Assembly (NCBI GenBank): GCA_965203055.1
Contig: OZ241863.1
Location: 3,232,001 to 3,296,000 of the forward strand
Length of the DNA stretch: 64,000 nt
Source: Spirochaetia bacterium
GTDB lineage: Bacteria > Spirochaetota > Spirochaetia > SZUA-6 > Bin103
Reading direction: 5' to 3'
Within the stretch, counting starts at the first letter, position 1. Each line of letters opens with the position of its first letter. Of the stretch, positions 28,753 to 37,176 are shown piece by piece. Below the pieces are notes generated by a model, which had not been told where the DNA came from, searched no databases, and saw only the letters and a list, made by a program, of their open reading frames with translations. Made by a program: the position numbers and the translations under genes.

Positions 28753-29673
28753 TCATCCCTTCAGTGAGCCTATCATGATGCCGCGCACGAAATAACGTTG
28801 CACGAACGGGTACGCGAGCAGAATCGGGCCGATGGAGATCAACACCGTGGCGGCCTTGATCGACTCCGGCACCACCGACTCGGCGCCGGCCACGGAATCG
28901 TTGCTCTCCCCCAGAAACGCCGAGTCATCCTGGTCGATGATCACCCGGCGCAGTACCAGTTGCAACACCGTCTTGGTCTCGTCGCGAATGTAGATCAGCG
29001 CGTCGAACCAGGAGTTCCAGTGCTGCACCGCCACCCACAGCGCAATGGTGGCCATGATCGGCACCGACAGCGGAATGATGATCTGCAGCAGAATGCGGAA
29101 GAACGAGGCGCCGTCGATCATGGCCGACTCCTCCAGCGAGTCGGGAATGGTCATGATGAAGTTGCGCATGATCAACAGGTTGTAGGTGCCGAGCAGGATC
29201 GGGAAGATCAGCGCCGCTCGGGTGTCCAGCATGCCGAGGCTGCGCACCAGCAGGTAGCGCGGAATGAGGCCGCCGGAAAAGAACATCGGAATCAGGAAGA
29301 AGATGGTCAGGTAGTTGCGCAACGGCAGTTTCTTCTTGGCCAGCGGGTAGGCGGTGCAGAACGAGAAGAACACCGCCAGCGCCGTCCCGATTACGGTGCG
29401 GAACACGGTGTTGAGGTAGCCGTAGTAGATGAGGCGCGACGAGAAGGCCACCCGGTACGCCTCCAGGGTCACTTCCTCGGGCCACAGCTTGAGGCCCCAG
29501 CTCGACGCCAGCAGCCCCGGCAGCAGCGACACTACCGCGGTCTCCCAGAACGGGTAGATCATCAGCACCGAGAAGCCGAGCAGGAACAGGTAGTTGCCAA
29601 AGTCGAACAGCCGGTCGGGGGTCAGGCGCCGGCGCCCGGCGGCTACCAATGCCGCGCTCCTACCAGATGCCAT
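28753..29673 (-). CDS. Carbohydrate ABC transporter permease (MalG-like)
   Basis: EESAMIDGA, HWNSWFD and FVRGIMIGSLKG. Confidence 0.9.
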   Translation of the reverse strand: MASGRSAALVAAGRRRLTPDRLFDFGNYLFLLGFSVLMIYPFWETAVVSLLPGLLASSWGLKLWPEEVTLEAYRVAFSSRLIYYGYLNTVFRTVIGTALAVFFSFCTAYPLAKKKLPLRNYLTIFFLIPMFFSGGLIPRYLLVRSLGMLDTRAALIFPILLGTYNLLIMRNFIMTIPDSLEESAMIDGASFFRILLQIIIPLSVPIMATIALWVAVQHWNSWFDALIYIRDETKTVLQLVLRRVIIDQDDSAFLGESNDSVAGAESVVPESIKAATVLISIGPILLAYPFVQRYFVRGIMIGSLKG

Positions 29674-30604
29674 AGTCGGAGAATCGGTTCACGATGACGT
29701 TGGTGAACAGCAGCATCAGCAGGCCGAGCACGTTCTTGAACAGGCCGATGGCGGTGGAGTAGCTGTAGTCGAACTCCACCAGACCGATGCGGTAGACGTA
29801 GGTGTCGATGATGTCGCCCACCTCGTAGGTGATCGGGTTGTAGAGGTTGAATATCTCCTCGAAGCCGGCGTTCATCAGGAACCCGACCCGCAGGATGAAC
29901 AGGATCACGATTACCGGTGCCAGCGACGGGAGGGTGATCGACACGGCCTGGCGAAAGCGCCCGGCGCCGTCCACCGTGGCCGCCTCGTAGAGCTGCGGGT
30001 CGATGGACGAAATGGCGGCCAGGTAGATGATCGAGCCCCAGCCGACGTCCTTCCAGATGTTGGCCGCCACCACCATGGGGCGGAAGAAGCCCGGTTCGAT
30101 CATGAAGTTGACCGGCTCCAGCCCGAGCAGCGCCAACAGGTAGTTGACCACCCCGCTGGTGGGGGAGAGGAGCTGCCGGATCAGGGCGGCGATCACCACC
30201 CAACTGATGAAGTGGGGCAGGTAGGAGATGGTCTGCACCACCTTCTTGAACCGTTGCGCGCGCACCTCGTTGAGCAGCAGCGCGAGCAGGATCGGGGCCG
30301 GAAACCCGAAGATGATCTTGTAGAAGGAGATCAGCAGCGTGTTGCGGAACACGTTGAGGAACTGCGGGCTGCGAAACAGCCGCTCGAAGTTGTCCAGACC
30401 CACCCACGGGCTGCCCAGGATGCCCTCCAGGATGCGGTACTTCTTGAAGGCGATGATCACCCCGTACATCGGGTAGTACTCGAAGATCAGGAACCAGGCG
30501 ATGGCCGGCAGCAGCATGATGAACAGGCCGCGGTAGAGGAGCACCGAACGCCACAGCCCGCGCCTGCCGGAATCGAGCGCGTCGTTCACCACCGGTTCAG
30601 CCAT
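29660..30604 (-). CDS. Carbohydrate ABC transporter permease (MalF-like)
   Basis: Likely start ATG 30604; YLPHFISWV and LYEAATVDGA. Confidence 0.9.
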   Translation of the reverse strand: MAEPVVNDALDSGRRGLWRSVLLYRGLFIMLLPAIAWFLIFEYYPMYGVIIAFKKYRILEGILGSPWVGLDNFERLFRSPQFLNVFRNTLLISFYKIIFGFPAPILLALLLNEVRAQRFKKVVQTISYLPHFISWVVIAALIRQLLSPTSGVVNYLLALLGLEPVNFMIEPGFFRPMVVAANIWKDVGWGSIIYLAAISSIDPQLYEAATVDGAGRFRQAVSITLPSLAPVIVILFILRVGFLMNAGFEEIFNLYNPITYEVGDIIDTYVYRIGLVEFDYSYSTAIGLFKNVLGLLMLLFTNVIVNRFSDYGIW

Positions 30605-30729
30605 AGCCCGCCTATCCTGCCACACGCGGCCCACGCGAACAACCCGACGGGCGGCAGCCAACCACCGACCTGAACTCGGCGGCTATGGTAGCGGAGGCAG
30701 GGCCGCCGGCGGCCGCTGCCTGATCGCCG

Positions 30730-31998
30730 CTATCGATCGCGAAACGACAGGAGTCCGGGGCGCGCGCCATGGCTGTGGACGTGGTATATCAGGTCGTTGA
30801 GAATCTGCTCTCTCAGCCGGTAGATCGGCTTTCCCCGGTTGAACTCCGCCGGTTCCATCGAGACGGGAAACGCGGCGCTGACGCGCAACTGACGAACGTC
30901 GCCGTCCAACTCCAAAGCCGGGCTGATCCATAGGGCCAACGGTAACGAGCTACGCACTCTCGCCGGGTAGAGCATTTCGAGACCGAGATAGCACGGCACC
31001 GGTCCCCGGCGCGATTGGGCATAGTCGCAGGCCGCCTGCGCCTGCACCAATACCCAACGGAACCGATTATCGTCCGCTGTGAAGTCGCGACAGTGGAACT
31101 GCTTGTCGGCAGCGGTCATCTCATCAAGGCTGAAGCTGGCCTGAAATCTCTCCTGCAGTCTTGACGGCAGCGGAATGACAGCCCCGCGGGCGGAAGCTCG
31201 GGCGTCCAGGTCGAGATGAACCATGCGGTTGAGGCTACCCGCCTGCTTCCGTGAGAGTGGTTGCCCATCGGTCGCAGCGAGAGCGTTCTTCCATACATCA
31301 TCGTTGGAGCGCAGGTTGGCGATCCGGTCGGCCAGAATCGGCAGCAGGGCTTCATTCACGGCCCGAAACCGATCGTTCTCTACGTGTTCGCGGCCGACCG
31401 CCTCAATTCCGAGCCAGGCGAGAACCTTACCGGCGTCCGCAGCTCGATGAGCCGGAGCAAGCGTCGACGCCAGTGACAACACCGAAGATACCGTGGCCCC
31501 GGCAGCATGAAGCACGTTTCTCTCCCAGTCGAACAGAGCGCCCACCTGCGGCAATTTCCTGGTCAGGGCAACGATCTCCGCCATCAGATCTTCTTCGTCC
31601 TTCACGTTGCCCCGGCTATCGAGATGAACGCCCTTGTCAATAGCGATGACGGCGAACGGCTTCGTCACACTTTGGAGATTTTGATCGAGAAACGTCTCCA
31701 GACCGGTCGCCTGCTCCGGATATCCCGTCCACAGAAAGATGAAATATGGACCGCGGGGGACGATCGTTGCTTCTATCAGTCCGCCAAGTGCGGTAAACTG
31801 CCGAGTGTAGTCGGATGCCTGTCCGACCAAGTGCAGATCAGCAAAGATGATGCGCACGTCCGGGCACGGCTTGAGCGGCAGATCGCTCGGAAAGTGGATG
31901 GGGAGGCATGCGACGCCGTTACGTTGAAGGCCGTTCACTAAGCCGTCAAGATGTGTCTTGTTGTCATCGACGGCAAGGACCCGAGGTGATCCGAACAT
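30730..31998 (-). CDS. Receiver (REC)-domain protein with unknown C-terminal domain
   Basis: VLAVDD, IIFADLHL, FLWT and IDK receiver residues; C-terminal QAACDYAQ. Lies 2 nt downstream of the kinase. Confidence 0.72.
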   Translation of the reverse strand: MFGSPRVLAVDDNKTHLDGLVNGLQRNGVACLPIHFPSDLPLKPCPDVRIIFADLHLVGQASDYTRQFTALGGLIEATIVPRGPYFIFLWTGYPEQATGLETFLDQNLQSVTKPFAVIAIDKGVHLDSRGNVKDEEDLMAEIVALTRKLPQVGALFDWERNVLHAAGATVSSVLSLASTLAPAHRAADAGKVLAWLGIEAVGREHVENDRFRAVNEALLPILADRIANLRSNDDVWKNALAATDGQPLSRKQAGSLNRMVHLDLDARASARGAVIPLPSRLQERFQASFSLDEMTAADKQFHCRDFTADDNRFRWVLVQAQAACDYAQSRRGPVPCYLGLEMLYPARVRSSLPLALWISPALELDGDVRQLRVSAAFPVSMEPAEFNRGKPIYRLREQILNDLIYHVHSHGARPGLLSFRDR

Positions 31999-32000
31999 CG

Positions 32001-34133
32001 CTATGCCTCCTTGAAGATCATGGCAACGACAGCCCCATCGTATTCGGACGGTAGGTCCACCTCGCCGGGTTGCGGAAAGGCGAGCCGACCGCCGTTCAGT
32101 TCCATCGCCAGATTCGCGTAGTACAGCCCGAGTCCCATGCCGTGCGGTTTGCGTGTGAAGAAGGGGCGGGACAGATGCTGAGGAGTATCCTGGAATCCAA
32201 TGCCGTTATCGGCGACCACAAGCGCGGGGCCGCCTTCCAGTTCACGGGATACGTCAATGAGCAGTCGGCGCGGCGAGCGCTTGCTGTCCGCCGGACGGTC
32301 CAGCCAGCGTACCTGCAGCCAGTACACCGAGTTGTCGATCAGATTGTTGAGGGCTCCGAGCACCAGTCCCAGGGAGAAACGTGACTCGAACCCTCTTTCC
32401 CCTGCCAGCAGCGGCGACTCGAACCGGACGCGATGATGCCGGAACCGGAGGAGATTGAACTGCTGACCCAGCGTGACGAGGCGGTGCGCGGCGTGAAGTT
32501 TCATGCGATCGCGCCGCAGCAGGGTGCCAAAGCCGTCGAGCACGCCGATCAGGTCTTGCGTCTGCCGCGCGGCTCCTGCCAAATCCCTGCCTTTGACGAT
32601 CACGTTACGCAGGGCGTGGACGCCGTGCTCTACCTCGTGGAACACGACGGCAAGGTTGAGGCCGGACATGCCGGCGGCAAGCATGGTCTCCTGCATCTCA
32701 CGATAGTCGCGCTCGATCTTCGCCACGTACGGTTCAAGCCCTTCGGCTCCGCGGCGTGCCATGGTTTGCCGCAACTCCCGGATCGGGTCTTCGATGCGGG
32801 GAGCCAGCGCGTCGGACGTCTGCTGCGTAATCTGACTGATCTTTTCTTTATCGATCCGCCGCTCCGCCTCCAGTGTTCCGAGCGCCCCCAGTACGACTTG
32901 CCGGAGTCGCGCGCACGCATCGTTGTCGATAAATCCTTCGCGGTTGGTCTTCTCCCGGAGCGCCGTGGAGTCTGCGAGAGACAGATCGACTGCCCCCAAA
33001 ATGACGTTCCGGCTGATCTTGCGCATCGGCGCGTTCCCGTGCCGGAGGGCGAGGCCAAGCCAGTCGTCTTCCGGTTCGCCGTAGTTGTACACCCGGATAC
33101 CGTCACGGTAGACCCGAATCCCGCCGTTCTGGTCGAGATAATCGGTCATCAGGCGGGTGTGCCCAAGCCGCCGCAGCACTTCCCGGTCACGGTCGAACAC
33201 GTAGAACACGCCCGTGACCGGCCCGATGCCCTGCGTGGTCGCGGGGTCAGCAACCACCTTGCGGTCCAGCATGCCGTTGCCTGAGTCCGGCGGAAGTTGC
33301 AACCGGTCACCAGTCTTCGCTACCTTGCGTCCCTTGAGATCGAAGCCGGCAGCCGGACGAAATTGGTACGTGCAGTCCAGTTGTGACCCGCTCAAATGGA
33401 ATCGGAACTTCCACATGGCCCGTTCCAGTATTGCGGCGAAGTCCGGCAGGTCCTCGATCCAGTGTTCCCGGCCCGGGACCCGGAGCACTGCCCGGAACTC
33501 CCCGACACGTTCGAACGGCGAGCAGATCGACGTCATCTGGTTGCAGAGGCTGCGTACCTCGCGGCGCGTCCACTTCGGCGGCCGCAGCTCGCGCACCTCA
33601 ATGCAGGTTCCCGTCCGCCCACCTGTGAACATCTTCGGCTCACGGCTCAGTATCGAGACCGGCGCTTCATCCAGGAAGGGCCGGTCGAGCAAGGCGTTCC
33701 AGTCGATGTCCACCACGCACTCATCGGAGTCGCGAGCCCGCGTCGTCAACGTGATGCGGTTGCCGAGCTTGTGCACCGCGAATCGTCCCAGCCCCTTCTC
33801 GCCAAGCGGAAGCCGGCGGTGGCGGCGGGAGCGCTGGTTGTTTCGGCGCTGGCGGTGCCGATGTTCGTCGCCCGGCACCAGCCACACCGACTGCAGAACG
33901 TCAAGCGACATGCCCTCCCCATCGTCGGTAACGGCAATCATCGCCTTATTGGAGTCCGTCAGGTTCAGGCGCACGATTGCCTCGTTCGCGTCGGCGTCGT
34001 ATGCGTTCTTGACCAGCTCGAACACGGCCAGCCGGGGGCTGCCGATCAGCTCGTCGCCGAGTAGCTGCAGCACCCTCGCCCGCGGCCGGAACGGCTGCTT
34101 GGCTATCCGTTCCCTTACGCTCACCTCAGCCAT
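32001..34133 (-). CDS. MORC/MutL-type GHKL ATPase fused to histidine kinase
   Basis: N-terminal ELVKNAYDADA, DDGEGM and GEKGLGRFA; middle VYRDGIRV and KTNREG; C-terminal H-box FHEVEH, NLIDNS, DNGIG, FFTRK and GMGLGL. Confidence 0.87.
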   Translation of the reverse strand: MAEVSVRERIAKQPFRPRARVLQLLGDELIGSPRLAVFELVKNAYDADANEAIVRLNLTDSNKAMIAVTDDGEGMSLDVLQSVWLVPGDEHRHRQRRNNQRSRRHRRLPLGEKGLGRFAVHKLGNRITLTTRARDSDECVVDIDWNALLDRPFLDEAPVSILSREPKMFTGGRTGTCIEVRELRPPKWTRREVRSLCNQMTSICSPFERVGEFRAVLRVPGREHWIEDLPDFAAILERAMWKFRFHLSGSQLDCTYQFRPAAGFDLKGRKVAKTGDRLQLPPDSGNGMLDRKVVADPATTQGIGPVTGVFYVFDRDREVLRRLGHTRLMTDYLDQNGGIRVYRDGIRVYNYGEPEDDWLGLALRHGNAPMRKISRNVILGAVDLSLADSTALREKTNREGFIDNDACARLRQVVLGALGTLEAERRIDKEKISQITQQTSDALAPRIEDPIRELRQTMARRGAEGLEPYVAKIERDYREMQETMLAAGMSGLNLAVVFHEVEHGVHALRNVIVKGRDLAGAARQTQDLIGVLDGFGTLLRRDRMKLHAAHRLVTLGQQFNLLRFRHHRVRFESPLLAGERGFESRFSLGLVLGALNNLIDNSVYWLQVRWLDRPADSKRSPRRLLIDVSRELEGGPALVVADNGIGFQDTPQHLSRPFFTRKPHGMGLGLYYANLAMELNGGRLAFPQPGEVDLPSEYDGAVVAMIFKEA

Positions 34134-34269
34134 TTCGTCTCGTTCCGATTCGGACCGTGCACCGGGTTGCCCCTCGGGTGGCGTGGTCCTGAAGCCTGTT
34201 ATACACCAGCCCGGCGGGAATGACGATTACCGGCGAACGGATGGGGTATGCTGCGGCCCGAGGCCGCGG

Positions 34270-35564
34270 ATGCCCAACTTGGTGTTCATCATGTCGGACG
34301 AGGCGCGCAAGGACGTGGTGTTCCACGAGAAGTATTCCTTCGTGCGCACCCCGCACATCGACGCGCTGCGCGCCGAGGCGGTGTCGTTTCACCACTGTTT
34401 CGCCAACTACCCGGTGTGCGTGCCGTCGCGCGCTTCGGTGATCACCGGGCGCTATCCGCAGCAGCTCGGCGTGCTGAGCAACCGCCACCGCCTGCCGGCG
34501 GCCGAACGCGACCTCGGCCACCATCTTGCCGGCCACGGCTTCGACTGCGTCGCCTTCGGCAAGACCCACGGCGTCAATCGAGGGTTCCGCTCGGTCACCT
34601 ACGACACCGCGGCCGCCATGGGGTTCGGAAACCACGGCTACCTCGAGGATCCCGAGCTGATCACGGGGGTGTTCGACCGGCCCGCGGAGGAGTACTGCGA
34701 CTTCGTGGCCTGCCGGCAGTTCGACCACTACCTGCGCCACAGCGCGAGGGGAGCGCCCCGTTCGCGGCCTTCGTCGGCATCTACGCGCCCCATCCGCCGC
34801 TCTACCCGCCGCGCGCGTACGCCGGCCGCTACCGCGCCGCCGAAATCGAGCTGCCGGCGCCGCCGAGCGCGCAGGACAACGCCGCCCGGCCGGCAATCCA
34901 GGCGCGGCCCCGCCGGCGCTGGAACGCGTATCCCGAGGCGGTGCGGCGGCAGGTGATCGCCTCCTATCTCGCGCTGGTCACGCTGTTGGACGACTGTGTG
35001 GGACAGATCATGGCGGCGCTGCGCGCCGCCGGAACGCTCGACGACACGCTGGTGGTGCTGGTGTCCGATCACGGCGACCAGCTCGGCGAGCACGGCATGG
35101 CCGGCAAGATGGGCAGTCTGTACGAAGCGTCGATTCGGGTGCCGCTGGTGCTGCGCCTGCCGGGCGCCGCCCACGCCGGCGCGGAGCGGTTGCAGTTGGC
35201 GGAGCTGGTGGACCTGTTCCCGACCATCTGCGATCTCCTGGGCGTACCGCACCCCGAGGCGCAGGCGCCGGCGGGCCGCAGCCTGGCGCCGCTCCTGGCC
35301 GACCCGCAGGCCGAGCACCGCCGGGTAGTGCACGCGATGCTGCAAGAGGGTCAGATGGCGCGCCGCCGGAACCTCAAGCTCAACTTCTACGCCGGCGACC
35401 AGGGCGAACTCTACGACTTGGCCGAGGACCCCGGCGAGCTGGTCAATCGCTACGCCGACCCGGCCTACCGCGACCGCCGGCATGAGTTGCTGCAGGAGAT
35501 TGCGCGCTTCCTGATCCGCCATCCCCGGCCGCCCGACCGCGGCCGCAACGAGTTCTTCGGATAG
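34270..35564 (+). pseudogene. Sulfatase (choline-sulfatase-like), frameshifted near 34740
   Basis: MPNLVFIMSD..CVPSR..GKTH is in one frame. PFAAFVGIYAPHPP..SDHG..ELYDL is in another. The switch is at CGCCACAGCGCGAG (apparent 2-nt insertion or 1-nt deletion). Confidence 0.8.
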
Positions 35565-35578
35565 CGACCGGCGCGGGC

Positions 35579-36682
35579 TCAGAGTGGCGCCAGGCGGTAG
35601 CTGGTACTGCGGCCGCCGGGCGGGTTTCGTACCATGACGCCGCGCTCCAGCAGGCCGCGCAGGTCGCGCAACGCCGTGTCGGTCGAACACTTGGCCAGCT
35701 TGGCGTACTTCGAGGTGGTCATGTGACCGGCGAAGTCGTCCAGCATGCGGTTGACGACCCGGCGCTGCCGCGGGTTCACCGGCCGTTCGTCGATCCGTTG
35801 CCAGAGCCGGGCGCGGTACAGCACCGAGTCGAGCTGCTCGCCGGCGGCGCGGACGGCGTGGTCGAGGCACTCCAGGAACCAGGTGAGCCACAGCGTGAGG
35901 TCGAGGCTGCCCCGTTGGCTGGCTTCGAGCCGGCGGTAGTACGCCCGGCGCCGCGCTTCGATGGCCGACGCCAGGCTGTAGAAGCGCTCCCAGACGCCGT
36001 CCGCCTGGGCCAGCGCCAGTTCGGCGATTGCGCGGCCGATGCGGCCGTTGCCGTCGTCGAACGGATGAATCGTCACGAACCAGAAGTGCGCGACGCCGGC
36101 CCGGAGTACGGGGTCGATGGCCGGCGGTGACGCGAACCAAGTCAGGAAGCGCGTCATCTCGGCCGCGAGGCGCGGCGCCGCGGGTGCCTGGAAGTGCACC
36201 CGCTCCCTGCCGGCCGGTCCCGACACCACCTGCATCGGGCCGCCGACATCGGTCCGCCACGCGCCGGTGGTGATGCGCGCCATCCCGCTGCGGCCGGTTG
36301 GAAACAGCGCTGCGTGCCAGCCGAACAGCCGCTCGGCGGTAAGCGGCCGTTGCCAATCCCGGGTCGCGTCGAGCGTCATTTCGACCGCGCCGTCGACGGC
36401 CCGCCCCGGCGCCGGAAGTCCGGCCGCGTCGAGGCCGAGGCGGCGCGCTATCGAGGAACGGACCTCGGCGCGGTCGAGCCGCTCCCCTTCGATGGCCCAC
36501 GACTTCACCACCTCCTCGGCGAGGACCGCGGCGTTGGCCGCGCTGCGGACCTCGAGTCCGAGCGCCTCCATCCGGCCAAGGTGCCTGCCCTGGCGGTGGC
36601 GCACCGCGGCCAGCGGCCCGGTCAAGGCCGCGTCGTCCCGGAAGAATGCCGGCCACTCCGGCAGGTCATGGATCCAGCCCAT
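35579..36682 (-). CDS. Fic family protein (DUF4172 N-terminus, C-terminal HTH)
   Basis: Canonical HPFDDGNGRIGR; start MGWIHDLPEWPAF; C-terminal STDTALRDL..GGRSTSY. Confidence 0.92.
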   Translation of the reverse strand: MGWIHDLPEWPAFFRDDAALTGPLAAVRHRQGRHLGRMEALGLEVRSAANAAVLAEEVVKSWAIEGERLDRAEVRSSIARRLGLDAAGLPAPGRAVDGAVEMTLDATRDWQRPLTAERLFGWHAALFPTGRSGMARITTGAWRTDVGGPMQVVSGPAGRERVHFQAPAAPRLAAEMTRFLTWFASPPAIDPVLRAGVAHFWFVTIHPFDDGNGRIGRAIAELALAQADGVWERFYSLASAIEARRRAYYRRLEASQRGSLDLTLWLTWFLECLDHAVRAAGEQLDSVLYRARLWQRIDERPVNPRQRRVVNRMLDDFAGHMTTSKYAKLAKCSTDTALRDLRGLLERGVMVRNPPGGRSTSYRLAPL

Positions 36683-36725
36683 ATTCGCCGCAAACGGTGC
36701 GGTGAATATGGCCCCATTCACCGCA
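36681..36725. promoter_or_regulatory. Three-box operator immediately upstream of fic
   Basis: ATATTCGCCGCA (36681-36692), inverted TGCGGTGAATAT (36698-36709) and ATTCACCGCA (36716-36725). Confidence 0.55.
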
Positions 36726-36784
36726 TGGAGCAAGCAACGCAGGTCAGGAGACGTACTTCCAATTTGTTGGTACCGGTCCCGCCC

Positions 36785-37010
36785 TCGAAGCCGCCGCTGG
36801 AAAGGCGCACTACGAGTATCGCGCCGCGCTCATGGTGAACAACAACGAGGGGACCAAGATATACAACCGCTTCCACGACCTCTACGAGACCGACCCGCGC
36901 ATCATCGAACTGCGCGAGCTGCACTCCGCCATGGACCGCGCCGGAGTCCGCAACGAAGTGCCCGCCTGCTTGCCCTCAACGCCACCCGCGCCGCCGCCGA
37001 AGCCGGCCCT
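36785..37010 (+). pseudogene. Relic of the C-terminus of a type IIG/IIL (Eco57I/MmeI-like) restriction-modification gene
   Basis: LEAAAGKAHYEYRAALMVNNNEGTKIYNRFHD..IIELRELHSAMDRA, then in another frame RLLALNATRAAAEA. This matches the typical GLTKxYNRFHD...LRELH..MDRAV...RLLALN tail, with deletions. Confidence 0.68.
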
Positions 37011-37141
37011 TCGGTACCCGGCAGATCGCGCCCTGTCGACGCCGGTGACATTCTCGGCAGTAGCATCTGACGGAACGTCCAGCCGCTTCGAAATGCGTCG
37101 CCGAGTCACGCCCGCAGGTGGCATCTTCCGGGCCGAAGAAC

Positions 37142-37170
37142 TTGACTCAAATAGTTTCCATGATTATACT
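37142..37170 (+). promoter_or_regulatory. Near-consensus sigma70 promoter of the HNH gene (leaderless geometry)
   Basis: TTGACT (37142-37147), 17 bp, TATACT (37165-37170); ATG 6 nt later; AT-rich patch in GC-rich DNA. Confidence 0.75.
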
Positions 37171-37176
37171 TATATC

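Noticed and set aside
36832..37176. N-terminal extension of the HNH ORF (564-aa version)
   Set aside because: It is chance read-through from an RM-gene relic; a consensus promoter lies immediately before ATG 37177.
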